DNA of 64,000 nt from Octopus sinensis (lineage: Eukaryota): NCBI RefSeq assembly GCF_006345805.1, contig NC_043002.1:80786001-80850000 (forward strand). The letters are read 5' to 3'. Positions 1 through 13,088 of this stretch are shown here, piece after piece. How positions within the stretch are numbered: the first letter of the stretch is position 1; every line of letters starts with the position of its first letter. Under the pieces are notes generated by a model. It ran no database searches. It had not been told where the DNA came from and worked only from the letters and a program-made list of their open reading frames with translations. Position numbers and translations under genes: made by a program.

Positions 1-365
1 GGCTCCGAGCCGAGTGATGCTTTGTTAGAGAATTTGGTAAACGGAAATTATGTGGATGTGCGTCGTATATATGTGTATATGTATGAGTGTGCATGTGTGC
101 GCTCATATGAGAGAGGGACAAAGAGACAGAGCCCGTACGTGTGTGTGTGTATGTGTGTGTGGTACTCTCCATCACCATCACAGCATGACAAAGGGTATGG
201 GCTTGTTTGCATTACTGTAAATTAGGCGTACGGTGAAAAGAAACAAAAAAAAGTACTGTAATTAAATAAAGTGTTGGGGACAATTTAGGCGACTAAAATC
301 TTTCGAGGTGATGCTCCAAATGATTGGCAAGGGTGGCAATCAAATGATTAAAACAAATAAAAGAT
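1..365 (+). mobile_element. Decayed SINE family B copy, head missing
   Basis: Colinear degenerate match to the 14341-14791 copy (…ggtaaacggaaat…, internal TG tract, …gctccaaatg…caatcaaatgattaaaacaaataaaaga tail). Confidence 0.7.
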
Positions 366-367
366 AT

Positions 368-572
368 ATTCTTTACTACTCTAGGCGCAAAGCCCGAAAT
401 TTCTGGGGAGGAGGCCAGTTGATAAGATCAACCGCAGTACACAGCTGGTACTTAAATTAACGGCCCCGAAAAGGATGTAGGGCAAAGTCGACCCCGGCGG
501 AAATTGAACTCAGTACGTAAAGACAGAGAAATACCGGTACGCATTTCGCCCGGCGTGCTAACGATTCTGCCA
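368..572 (-). mobile_element. tRNA-derived SINE family A
   Basis: Reverse complement gives ggcagaatcgttagcacgccgggcgaaatgc…gagttcaatttccgccggggtcgactttgcc…; A/B-box-like head; many copies in the window. Confidence 0.9.
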
Positions 573-684
573 ACAAAAGATATATTAAGTAACATTATCA
601 TCATAGAACACAGTTCATACATTGAGAATTTCTATATTTCCAGATCGTTCAATTTCTTATAGTTTATTTTTTACCTTTTATTTA

Positions 685-1145
685 TTTCAGTCATTAGACC
701 TCGGCCAAGCTGGGGCACCGAATTGAAAGACTTTTAGTCAAATGAATCGGTCGCAGTGTTTATTTTTTTGGTAAGTCTGGTATTTATACCCTCGGTTTGT
801 TTTGCAGAACCGCTAAGTTACAGGGCCGTAAACACGCCAACACCAGTTGTCAAGCATTACTGGGCAACAAACACACACAAACTCACTCACACGCATACCC
901 ACGCGCACACACACTCACTCACACACATACACACGCGCGCGCACACACACACATACACACACGATGGCACACACATACATATGTACAACGGCCTTATTTT
1001 AGTTTCCGTCTACGAATGCTATTCACAACACTTTGATCGGCCTGTCCCTATAGAAGAAGACGCCCAAAATGCCACACAGTGGGACTGAACCCGCAACAGT
1101 GTGGTTGGGAATCAAGCTTTTTTATCACACAGCCACGCCTGTGCC
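685..1145 (-). mobile_element. tRNA-derived SINE family B with internal (TG)n tract
   Basis: Minus strand: gtggctgtgtgataaaaag…gcgggttcagtcccactgtgtggca… microsatellite …gcttgacaactggtgttggcgtgtttacggccctgtaacttagcggttctgcaaaa… tail. Confidence 0.9.
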
Positions 1146-1652
1146 CATGTTTCATTTTTTTCTTGGCATGCTTGGTAAATTAACATCTTCTACAGTAAAT
1201 TCCTTAATCTTATACTTATTTACTCTCTTTATCTCCATGTGTAATTCTGGATCAACTTCCTTTAGTCGATAGCTGGTAGACACATTCTTCTTTTGTTTTA
1301 TTTATTGCTTCACTTTTCAGAGTTTTAATAATTTTCTTTGATCATTTTGTTTCTATTCTTTTCATCTTTATAAATTTTTGCTCCTAAGAGTTATTATTTT
1401 TGTTTGAAGCACATATATTCTTGAATTAGATTTTAGAACAGAAATCGCTTTCAGATCAACTTCATTTCCTCTGCATGTATCGTTTGAGTATCCTAAAATA
1501 ACTTCGGTTGTTTGACAAGAATGTAACTGTAAAATATTCAAATGAGATAGAAAGATATCCCCCTCGTACTGATTTCTTTTTTTATTTTAAAGCAACTGAG
1601 TGTTAAAAGATGGCCTCTATTTCAATTATCTATGTATCTACCAATCAAATTT

Positions 1653-1687
<35 letters not shown>

Positions 1688-1895
1688 CTATATATATATA
1701 TATATATATATATCTATATATATATATATATATATATTTATAACCCCACACATAAATCAAACGCACGAATATTTTGCCTTCATTGTTAGAACGCTTTGCA
1801 TAAAATGTTTTAACAAATGGTTCAATAGTTCTGAAAAAATATTCGTTTAGTGTGATATAGATTTAAATATAAACATAGCAAACTTGAATGTGTGT

Positions 1896-1928
<33 letters not shown>

Positions 1929-2304
1929 TATATATAACTGTATAGACATACATACAAGTGTGTCTGTGTGTGGGTGCGTGTGTGTGTATATGTGTGTGTG
2001 TGACTGACAATGAACTAATATGGGTGTGTTTAAAATACTGACATGAAATCTGTCATGAAATTATTTGCATGAAACCATTGGTGAATACTCCAACATACCC
2101 ATGGTAATCCCCACATGTTGAGAGCAGACACACATGCATGTTAGATTCGGTCTAAAGTTATTCTGTTTTATATGTAGAAGCTGTATTCTAATTTAGCGTG
2201 CTAATAGCTTTTCGGATAAAATTGTTTAAATATGACAATACTCAAATGTATATAAATACACGCACACTCAGAAACACACACATATATATATATATAATTT
2301 ATAT

Positions 2305-2380
<76 letters not shown>

Positions 2381-2621
2381 GGTATGTATGTATGTATGTA
2401 TATCTAAGGAAAATAGAGATATTGAGGGAGGGTAGGAGAGAATGCATCTAGGCATGTAGTCTATAATTCACAAATGTTTTTACAACGTTTCACATTCAGA
2501 TTAAAAAGCGATATTTCTGCCGGTTTGTCTATAACACCAGCTCTGTCTCACTCCGGCTATATATATCATCTCCTACTATGACAATACATATATATACGTA
2601 TATATATACGTATAGATATAC

Positions 2622-2677
<56 letters not shown>

Positions 2678-3427
2678 AGTATATATATATATACGTATAC
2701 GTGTTTTATGATATACATATATAGACTACAGAGAAAGAGTTAGTAAAAGAATATATTATGTGTATATGCTTGTGTGTGTATGCGTAGTTGCGTATTTCTG
2801 ATCTGATTGAGTGTACGTATGTGTCTGTGTGTGTATGAAATAAAATGCCAAAGAGAAAGCCATTAGATATTACATGATGAATAGTATTAAACGAACATTA
2901 AATCTTTGCATGAAAACATTTATATAATATTATATAGTAACTCTCTTTGAAATTATCAGCTGTATTGCTTTTCTTTTCTATTTAGCCTTTGTTTACTTTT
3001 TATTTTATTCAGTTGACAATATCTTAACTATGTAATATTCAAATTTATATAATCAAATTTAGCTTTGATATCATGTTGTTTTTTTTTTGTTTTCGTTTTC
3101 CTCCTTTAGTATTACTTCTAAGAGACTCTCTGTCTGAACACTTAACCTACAAACATATATACACGTACATACATATACATATATATCTATATGTATATAT
3201 ATTTACACACACACACACATATATACATAGACGTATATATATATATAAGCATATATACATATACGCTTATATATATATGTATATGTATTTATTACTTCTA
3301 TAATACATACACTTACATACATAAATGCATATAGATATTAACACAGACACATATATATATGCGTATGCGTATTCGTGTGTGTGAGGGAGTGTATGTACGT
3401 ATATATGTGTGTATGTATGAATATACA

Positions 3428-3488
<61 letters not shown>

Positions 3489-4048
3489 GCAGATAAATTT
3501 CATCTATCTATATATTCTATGAACATATATCAATAATATAACAATATGAACATAAATATATATACACAAACGTAGAAATGCATAGATACATACATAAATA
3601 CATAGTTGCATAGGTGTGTATACTCGTGTTTGTGTGTGCGTAATAATAGTCACATATATCTTGTTACATATATATAGTTATAAATATATATATATATATG
3701 CGCAAGCACAAACACGTGCATACGTGCATATACGTGTTTCAGGTAGGGTGTTTGAGTGTTTAGTTTTTTTTTTTTTCTTTAAGCATAAAATACACGGTGA
3801 CCCTTGACTGGGTATTGAGTACATTTTGTAATAAAAGCTCTATTTTGATTAAGAGAAAAAAAATGTTGTTTTACCGGGGGATGGTGTGAGAAAAATAGTT
3901 ACGATTATTTGGGAACTTTAATCTAATAGCGTCGTTCAGTGACGCCTGACAGGCTTATTGTAAATTTAAATATGTATATTTCAGGGAAAAAAAATGTTAT
4001 TTGCACATACTGTGTTTGTACACACAACCATATTCGTACACACACACA

Positions 4049-4122
<74 letters not shown>

Positions 4123-4269
4123 GTATATATATTCGTTTGAGTGTATATTCGTTGTATGCGTTCTGCATATTAAGAAAAAATATTGTACTCTGCAAAACTG
4201 TACTCACTGCTTCAACGCTGGATACAAAATGCATTTATTCATTCATAGTAAACATCGATTTGTTTTATT

Positions 4270-4309
4270 ATAACTACTAGTTTCGCCATTACATGGCTCA
4301 TCAGTTTAC
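4270..4309 (-). ncRNA. Minimal type-I hammerhead ribozyme motif
   Basis: Minus strand reads GUAAA-CUGAUGA-GCCAU GUA AUGGC-GAAA-CUAG-UA-GUUAU. Core intact, 5-bp stem II, palindromic ACUAGU stem III, GUA triplet; stem I has a mismatch at the first pair. Confidence 0.7.
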
Positions 4310-4387
4310 GCTTTCTTTTTTTTGTCGTATTCCAAATTCATACCTAGCTCCCTTAAGATATATTTTATGAATTGCAAAGTGGTATCG

Positions 4388-5890
4388 GGGTTTCCAGGAT
4401 TTACCTGATAAAAGCAACACCCGATTCCTACAACTGGTTATCGAGGATTACTACGCCTCCATATCGGAGAGCTTGCTGATCGACGCGATTAACTTCGCCA
4501 GGAGGTCTTCCACCATCACCGAGGTCGAGCAAGATGTGATACTCCACGCACGTAAGACTTTTCTTTTCTATGACGGATCCCACTGGATCAACAAAAAATC
4601 TGTGACCCCCTTCGACGTCAGCATGGGTGCTAACGACTCTGCTGAAATAAGTGACCTAGTGGGCCTTTTCATCCTCCATAGGCTGAAAACCCTATTCACA
4701 GGCCTCTCCGGTGGTCTTTACCGCGATGACGGCCTTTTCGCCCTCCACAAAGAAAACCCCAGGACCACGGATGGGTTCCGGAAAAATCTTTACACCTTCT
4801 TTAAAAACTTAGGCCTTAGGATTACCTTAGAATCCAACTTAACTAAAGCTAATTCCTTGATGTCACCCTCGACTTAAAAACCTCACTTTATTACCCGTAC
4901 CACAAACCGAATGAATCCCTTAAATATATAGATATTAATTCAAACCACCCCAAAAATATATTAGATAACCTAGTAAAAAGTGTGTCTCAATTAGAATTTC
5001 TAGCCTGTCCGCCACGGAAGATATCTTTAAGGCCGCAGCCCCCTATTACAACGAGGACCTGGCCCGCAGTGGCTTCAAAGATAAGATTACCTATACTAGT
5101 ATAGCCCACGCCAAACCAGGAAAAATAGACGAAGACACATTAGCTGGTACAACCCCCCCTTCAACCGTGAGGTCCTACACCTGTAGCTAAAATCTTCTTC
5201 ACTCTCTACAGAAACACTTCCCCCCCAACATAAGTATACACTATCCTAAATAAGAACACTATAGACTCTCCTACTCTACCACGCCCAATCTAGCCAGGAA
5301 CCTAGCCAACAACAATGTGAAAAAACTTAACATACCTACTTTTTCCGAGGCCCATCCAACGTCCGATAGCAATTGCAACTGCCCTGATAAAACTACCTGC
5401 CCCCTCAACAACAACTGCCTACAGAGGGACCTAGTATATACATGCGAGGTAAGATCAGGCCCTGACGATAAAAGAAAATCCTACATAGGAATGACGTCAA
5501 ACAGCTTTAAGACCCGTTGGTACGCACACAACACACTCGTTCCGGCGACAGGATAAATCCAACCAAACTACCCTCGCCGCCCACATCTGGTACCTTAAAA
5601 GGAATTCCATCCCCTTCAAGACCAAGTGGAAACTACTACAGAAGGCGCGCTCGTACACAGGAGGCCATACCTGCTGTGACCTCTGCATATCGGAGAGCCT
5701 AGAGATCTTGTTCGCCAAAGGTCCTTCCTTAACAAAATCTCAGAACACTCCCCAAATTGTTTGCATAAGAAGTATGCGAACTACAAGAACTATAGACCTA
5801 CCCGGCAACCAGATTGATGACACCCCACCCACAAAACCCCCCCAACCCACCGTTCCCCTAGCACACCCGATTACCTTTTCTCCTAAGACC
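4388..5890 (+). mobile_element. 5'-truncated Penelope-like retroelement: RT, thumb, Cys-rich linker, C-terminal GIY-YIG endonuclease; frameshifted
   Basis: Stitched translation: FLQLVIEDYYASI (motif A), FDVSMGANDSAEISDLVGL (B'), GLYRDDGL (C), FLDVTLDL..YYPYHKPN..YI..NSNHP, RRHISWYNPPF, CNCPDKTTCPLNNNCL, LVYTCEV..SYIGMT..FKTRW, HIWYLK, CDLCISE, CLH. Coding ends near 5820 and a C-rich 3' segment follows. Confidence 0.93.
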
Positions 5891-7011
5891 TTTCACATAT
5901 TGTATGTGCACGCTTGTAGATGTGTATCGTATATATGTATAGAAATGTATGGGTATAGTAGGATTATACGCATGTATTATGTGTGTGCGTGTAGTATGTA
6001 AAAAAATATATATGTGTGTGTATATGGATATATATATATATATATTATATATATATATATATATATATGTGTATGTGTATATATAATATATTATGTATGT
6101 GCGTGTGTGTGTGTGGTGTGTGTATATATGTATAGATGTATGTATGTATATATGTATATTTGTGTGATGCATATGTATGTGGATATGTATGTGTGTATGT
6201 ATATATATGTAAATGTAAGTGTGTGTGCTTGTATGAGAATGTATGTATGTTTGCACACATGTATATATATGTGTGTGTATGTGTGGTGTATGTATATGTG
6301 TGTGTTGTATATATATTATATATATATATATATTGTATACATATATATATATATATGTGTTGTATATATGTGTATGTATATATATGTGTATGTGAGTGTT
6401 TGTGTATGCATGTGTGTGTTATGTGTATGTATGTATGATATATATGCGTGTGCATGGGTATATGTATATGTACATATGCGCGTACGCTCGTGTGTGTATG
6501 TTTATGTATGTGTTATGTGTGTGTGTATATATGATATATATATGTATATATATATATATATATATATGTATGTAGTGTGTTATGTGGTATGTATATTGTA
6601 TGTATGTATTATATATATATATATGTTGTGTGTATGTATGTATGTATATATATTATATATATATATATATATTATATATACATATATATATGTATATATA
6701 TATATATATATATCTATGTGGTGTAAGTTTATTATATGTATGTATCCGTCTATATAATAGGTAACTGCACGTACATATACTTAATATTTATTTTTTGAGT
6801 ATGCATGTATGAATAACTGCGCGTATATATATTTACTATTTACTTATGTTGAGTATGCATGTTAGTATGAATATATATGTATATATATGTATATATATAT
6901 ATATATTATATATAATATATATATATGTATGTATATGTGTACATGTATGTATTGTATGTAGGTGTACATGTATGTATGTGTGTGTATTTATATTTATGGG
7001 TGTATATGTAT

Positions 7012-7054
7012 AGACTAGCCTTCTAAGAGTGTAGACATGAATCTGTAGGTACGC

Positions 7055-7105
<51 letters not shown>

Positions 7106-7225
7106 TGTATGTATTTGTATGTAGGTGTACATGTATGTGTTGTGTATTCATATTTATTGGGTGTATATGTATAGACTAGCCTTCTAGAGTGAGTGTAGAC
7201 ATGAATCTGTAGGTACGCGTACGTA
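7012..7225 (+). repeat. ~160-170 bp minisatellite (2 units) inside each duplicated unit
   Basis: agactagccttcta…gtgtagacatgaatctgtaggtacgcgta at 7012 and 7173, and again at 9337 and 9509. Confidence 0.85.
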
Positions 7226-8285
7226 TGTTGTATATACGTGAATGTATGTAGATGTATGTATGTATGAATATAACGCGTGCGTGCGCGTATGCGTACGAGT
7301 GTACGAATGAGTGAGTGTACGTGCTAAAGAGTGTGCGTGAGTGAATGAGTAATTGTCTTCCAGTAGACGGATAAATGGTCTGGCTGTCATAGCCAAGATG
7401 TTTGTGACCAAGCGGCCAAAGATAACAAAAGTAATAAACGAAGATAATAAAATTAAAATTAGGGAATGGGTCTGTATTTGTATATGTATATATATATATG
7501 TGTGTATGTGTAGGTATGCATGGGTACACATATGTATATATATGTGTATATATATTATATATGTGTATGTATGTATATGTGTATATGTATGTGTATGTAT
7601 GTATATATATGTGTATGTATGTGTATGGTGGGGTGTATATATATGGTGTATGTGTATATATGTGTATATAGGGACTAGTGTGCTGTGTGTGCATGTGGTG
7701 TATGGATTTGTGTGTGTATGCGTGTATGTGAGTATATGTGTGTGTATGTGTATATATATATTTTCCTGTGTGTATATGTATGTGTGGTCGTGAGTGTGTA
7801 TATATACATGTGTGTATACGTGTATGCAAGTGAGTGTGTGTATGTATACATATATATGGTATGTGTAGATATGTATATGTATGTGTGAGTGTATATATGT
7901 GTGTATGTGTAGAGGTATAAGTGAGAATCTCCTTATTTACCTAAAACTCTATTCCCCCCTTTATATATATATATATATATCTATATATATATTTTTTTAT
8001 TTTTTTTTTATTTTTTTTTATTTTATTTTTTTATATATTTTTTTATATATTTTTTTATTTTTTTATTTTCTATTTTTTATATTTTTTTATTTTTAATTTT
8101 TTATTTTTTTATTTTTATTTTCATTTTTTATTTTTTTATTTATTCTCCCATCTAATTTAACACTGACTCCTTGACCACTCCCCCAAGTATGATTTTTTGC
8201 GCTATGCCTACCCCCAAAAAGTCCCCCACCAACACCCCTTTAAACCTGCCTAAATGTATAAATGCCAATACAATTCTTGTTAACT

Positions 8286-8336
8286 AGCTTCCTGAAGATT
8301 TCTCTTGAATGAAACAGTTCTAGTCCTGTAGAAGCT
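8286..8336 (+). ncRNA. Type-I hammerhead ribozyme (copy 1)
   Basis: AGCUUC-CUGAAGA-UUUC UCUU GAAU-GAAA-CAG UUCUAGUC CUG-UA-GAAGCU. 6-bp stem I, intact core, stem III CAG/CUG plus the A-U pair, GUA triplet; stem II is weak (3 bp with U-U closing). Confidence 0.85.
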
Positions 8337-8825
8337 CCTTCTATATAATAAATTAATTTTACTCTGCTATGTATTGAGTACCTTATTTACTGTGGTTAAC
8401 CCCGAATCAACCCGGGACCCCTACATATATATTATATATATATATATAATATAATATATATATATAACATGTATATGCGCGCGTGTGTGTGTACATTCTC
8501 TGTGTTTAAATATAGATATATAGATACATATATATATATAATAAACACCCACACATATACATACATATGCATATTTATATCTATATATACAAGAGTATAT
8601 GTTTATATATATATATATTGCATATGTTATGTTATATATATGTATACATAGATATATTATATATGTGTGTATATATGTGTATGTATATATATGTGTATGT
8701 GTGAGTGTTTGTGTATGCATGTGTGTATGTGTATGTATGTATGTATATATATGCGTGTGCATGGGTAATGTATATGTACATATGCGCGTACGCTCGTGTG
8801 TTTATGTATGTGTATGTGTGTGTGT

Positions 8826-8859
<34 letters not shown>

Positions 8860-8939
8860 ATATATGATGTATGGTGGTATGTGTATATGTAGGTGTATGT
8901 GTGTGTATATATCTTTATATATATGTGTGTGTATGTATG

Positions 8940-8970
<31 letters not shown>

Positions 8971-8975
8971 CTATT

Positions 8976-9036
<61 letters not shown>

Positions 9037-9190
9037 TGTAAGTTATTATATGTATGTATCCGTCTATATAATAGGTCTACTGCACGTACATATACTTAAT
9101 TTATTTTTTGAGTATGCATGTATGAATAACTGCGCGTATATATATTTACTATTTACTTATGTTTTGAGTATGCATGTTAGTAGAATATAT

Positions 9191-9248
<58 letters not shown>

Positions 9249-9380
9249 ATATATGTATGTATATGTTTACATGTATGTATTTGTATGTAGGTGTACATGT
9301 ATGTATGTGTGTGATTTATATATGGTGTATATGTATAGACTAGCCTTCTAAGAGTGTAGACATGAATCTGTAGGTACGCG

Positions 9381-9439
<59 letters not shown>

Positions 9440-10298
9440 TGTATGTATTTGTATGTAGGTGTACATGTATGTATGTGTGTGTATTATATTTATTGATGTT
9501 ATATGTATAGACTAGCCTTCTAAGAGTGTAGACATGAATCTGTAGGTACGCGTACGTATGTGTATATACGTGAATGTATGTAGATGTATGTAGGTATGAA
9601 TACAACGCGTGCGTGCGCGTATGCGTACGAGTGTACGAATGAGTGAGTGTACGTGCTAAAGATAGTGTGCGTGAGTGAATGAGTAATTGTCTTCCAGTAG
9701 ACGGATAAATTGTCTGGCTGTCATAGCCAAGATGTTTGTGACCAAGCGGCCAAAGATAACAAAAGTATAAACGAAGATAATAAAATTAAAATTAGGGAAG
9801 GGTCTGTATTTGTATATGTATATATATTATTGTGTGTATGTGTAGGTATGCATGGGTACAATATGTATATATGTGTTATATATATATATATATGTGTATG
9901 TATGTATATGTGTATATGTATGTGTATGTATGTATATATGTGTATGTATGTGTATGTGTGGGTGTGTATATATATGTGTGTATGTGTATATATGTGATAT
10001 AGGGACGTACTAGTGTGCTCGTGTGTGCATGTGTCGGTATGGATTTGTGTGTGTATGCGTGTATGTGAGATATGTGTGTGTATGTGTATATATATATTTT
10101 CCTGTGTGTATATGTAGGTGTGGTGTATGGTGTGTATATATACATGTGTGTATACGTGTATGCAAGTGAGTGTGTGTATGTATACATATATATGTGTATG
10201 TGTAGATATGTATATGTATGTGTGAGTGTATATTATGTGTGTATGTGTAGAGGTAAAGTGAGAAGAATCTCCTTATTTACCTAAAACTCTATTCCCCC

Positions 10299-10339
<41 letters not shown>

Positions 10340-10579
10340 ATTTTTTTTATTTTTTTATTTTTTTTTTTTATTTTATTTTTTTATATATTTTTTTATATAT
10401 TTTTTTATTTTTATTTTTATTTTTATTTTTTATTTATTCTCCCATCTAATTTAACACTGACTCCTTGACCACTCCCCCAAGTATGATTTTTTGCGCTATG
10501 CCTACCCCCAAAAAGTCCCCCACCAACACCCCTTTAAACCTGCCTAAATGTATAAATGCCAATACAATTCTTGTTAACT

Positions 10580-10630
10580 AGCTTCCTGAAGATTTCTCTT
10601 GAATGAAACAGTTCTAGTCCTGTAGAAGCT
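10580..10630 (+). ncRNA. Type-I hammerhead ribozyme (copy 2, identical to 8286-8336)
   Basis: Same 51-nt sequence in the second tandem unit. Confidence 0.85.
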
Positions 10631-10725
10631 CCTTCTATATAATAAATTAATTTTACTCTGCTATGTATTGAGTACCTTATTTACTGTGGTTAACCCCGAA
10701 TCAACCCGGGACCACATATAGATTA

Positions 10726-10781
<56 letters not shown>

Positions 10782-11040
10782 CATGGTATATGCGCGCGTG
10801 TGTGTGTACATTTCTCTGTGTTTAAATATAGATATATAGATACATATATATATATAAATAAACACCCACACATATACATACATATGCATATTTATATCTA
10901 TATATACAAGAGTATATGTTTATATATATATATATTGCATATGTTATGTTATATATATGTATACGTATATATACATATATATATATACATGCATACATAC
11001 ATACATACATACATATATATATGATATAATATATACAAAG

Positions 11041-11097
<57 letters not shown>
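11041..11097. repeat. (AGAT)n microsatellite
   Basis: Seen directly. Confidence 0.97.
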
Positions 11098-11634
11098 TAC
11101 ATAATATTCATTTACGTAGATAGCTATATGAATGATGGTGCATCCACGATAATGTTTGTGAGCGCATTTGTGTATGAACCTGTGAATTGCAGCTGTGGTT
11201 CTTTCCTGTATCACAGGATTTCAATTTTTGCTACTACTGTCTTTGATCACCGACCTCTCCAGTGATCCAATGAAATGTATCACTGCTAATCTATCATAAA
11301 CCATTTCCTAAATAGTCAATAAGAAATCTATGAAAGTGTTGAATTTTACGCTTTTAAATCTATCGCAGTTTTTTAATGGTTATGTATTCGTATATCTGAT
11401 TTTGTTTTATTTTATTTGTAGCGTATATACGAATGTGGTTGGAATATCATGTTACTGTTACTTCTATTTGTTGCTGTCGTTGTTGTTGTTGTTGTTGTTA
11501 CTGTGACGAATTAACTGAGTCGTTAAAGCGACGGATTAAATATGCTTTGCAATGCCTGTGTTCATCTCTGTTCCCTCACCCAGCTCAAATCTGACCGAAG
11601 TGAACTTTGCTTTTCAGTAATTATTTGGTGCATG

Positions 11635-11830
11635 AAAGCGGCGAAATAGCAGAACCGTCTGCAGCCCGGACGAAACACTTAACTGAATTTCATTCGTCTT
11701 TACGTTCCGAATTCAAATTCCACCGTGGTCGACTTCGGAGTCGACAGCATAAAAAATAAGTCAAATACTGTGTATGATGAAATTTACCTTCCTTTCAAAA
11801 CTGCTGGTTCTGCGCCAAAATTTTAAAATC
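11635..11830 (+). mobile_element. Decayed SINE family A copy
   Basis: aaagcggcgaaatagcagaaccg…ttacgttccgaattcaaattccaccgtggtcgactt…. Confidence 0.7.
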
Positions 11831-11894
11831 CATTAATTATTTCAGGCATGATGATTGAAGAAGCGTCTAAGGCCGATGGATAAACGAAGTCGTT

Positions 11895-12179
11895 AGAGTG
11901 TTCAGTGACCTATCTTCGCAAAATTCGTGTTGTTCAAATCCTGCCTCCCGGAACGGAAAACTGATGCAACGTGACATGGGTGAGGGCGATGTACCTCCAA
12001 TGTCGAAGAGAGAGATGTAAAGAAACGAGTCAGCAGAAGTTCGCTATTACCTTCTGCCACAGTGGTGTGGAGCTTAGGTGTTTCGCTCATAAACACACAC
12101 ATTGCCCGGTTTGAGATTCGAACCCGCGATCCCTCGATCGCGAATCCGCTGCTCTAACCACTAGGCGATGTGCCTCCAC
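11895..12179 (-). mobile_element. tRNA-derived SINE (family D, tRNA-Arg-like head)
   Basis: Minus strand: gtggaggcacatcgcctagtggttagagcagcggattcgcgatcgagggatcgcgggttcgaatctc… with A and B boxes, followed by a CORE-like block (atgagcgaaacacctaagctcc) and a tail. Confidence 0.8.
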
Positions 12180-12188
12180 CAGATATAT

Positions 12189-12399
12189 ATTTCTTTACTA
12201 CCCACAAGGGGCTAAACACAGGGGACAAACGGATTAAGTCGATTACATCGACCCCAGTCCGTAACTGGTACTTAATTTATCGACCCCGAAAGGATGAAAG
12301 GCAAAGTCAACCTCGACGGAATTTGAACTCAGAACGTAACGGCAGACGAAATACCTCTAAGCATTTCGCCCGGTGGGCTAACGTTTCTGCCAGCTCGCC
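12189..12399 (-). mobile_element. SINE family A with target-site duplication
   Basis: Family A sequence; direct repeat gcctccaccagatatat at 12172-12188 and 12397-12413. Confidence 0.92.
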
Positions 12400-12429
12400 T
12401 CCACCAGATATATTTAGTAGAACTTATTC

Positions 12430-12772
12430 TGATATAAGTCGCGTGGCTTAGAGGGTTTGGGTATTCAGCTCACGTTCGTAAGGTGGTGAGTTCAATTCAC
12501 GGCGGGGCGTTGTGCCCTTGAGCAAAACACTTTATTTCGCCTTGCTCCATTCCACTCTGCTGGTAAAAATGAGTAGAACCTGTATGTTAAAGGTCCAGCC
12601 TTGCTACATTCTGTGTCACGCTGAATCACCCCCTGAGGACTACATTAAGGGTATGCGTGTTTACGGAGTGCTCAGTCACTTGCACGTTTATTTCACGAGT
12701 AGGCTGTTCCGTTGATCGGATCAAATGGAGCCCTCGTCGTCGTAGCCGATGAAATGCCAGTTCATAAGAATT
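12430..12772 (+). mobile_element. tRNA-derived SINE family C (CORE-like block)
   Basis: tggcttagagggtt…gagttcaattc head, then gtgcccttgagcaaaacactttatttcgccttgctcca…, then a unique tail. Confidence 0.8.
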
Positions 12773-13012
12773 CAGAGTAGTAGGTCTTAGTTATAAGGAT
12801 AATCTCCTTCACCAGCCTCGGAGGCACTGAAACACTTTGAAGCCACGGCACTTCTATACCTTCGCCGATAGACATCTATCGTTAAGTGGCTATCTTAGTC
12901 AACTACAGAAACTCTCATAACGTCGACGACAATCACGACATCAGGCAAAAGCAAAACTGTTTGATTCTTAATCGATCTTAGTGTGACATCATAAAAATAA
13001 GTTTAATTATTA

Positions 13013-13088
13013 TAGAAGACAATTGTCATAGAAGACAATTGTCATAGAAGACAATCATCATAAAAGACAATTACCATAAAAGACAGTT
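13013..13088 (+). repeat. 16-bp minisatellite (tagaagacaattgtca), about 4.7 units
   Basis: Units start at 13013, 13029, 13045, 13061 and 13077 with progressive divergence. Confidence 0.9.

Larger units (their letters stand above)
6340..10975 (+). repeat. Tandem duplication of a ~2.3 kb microsatellite-rich unit (about 6340-8660 and 8660-10975)
   Basis: Unique anchors recur: cagtagacggataaat at 7361 and 9695; HHR core at 8292 and 10586; cccgggacc at 8411 and 10705; ttctctgtgtttaaatatagat near 8500 and 10810. Confidence 0.95.

Noticed and set aside
12100-12179. tRNA-like sequences (also at the heads of other SINEs)
   Set aside because: They lack a complete cloverleaf and continue into SINE bodies, so they are SINE heads rather than tRNA genes.
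13013-13088. Regularly spaced direct repeats considered as CRISPR-like (also 7012-7225 and 37119-37305)
   Set aside because: They are contiguous or degenerate minisatellites without unique spacers, in a eukaryotic context with no cas genes.
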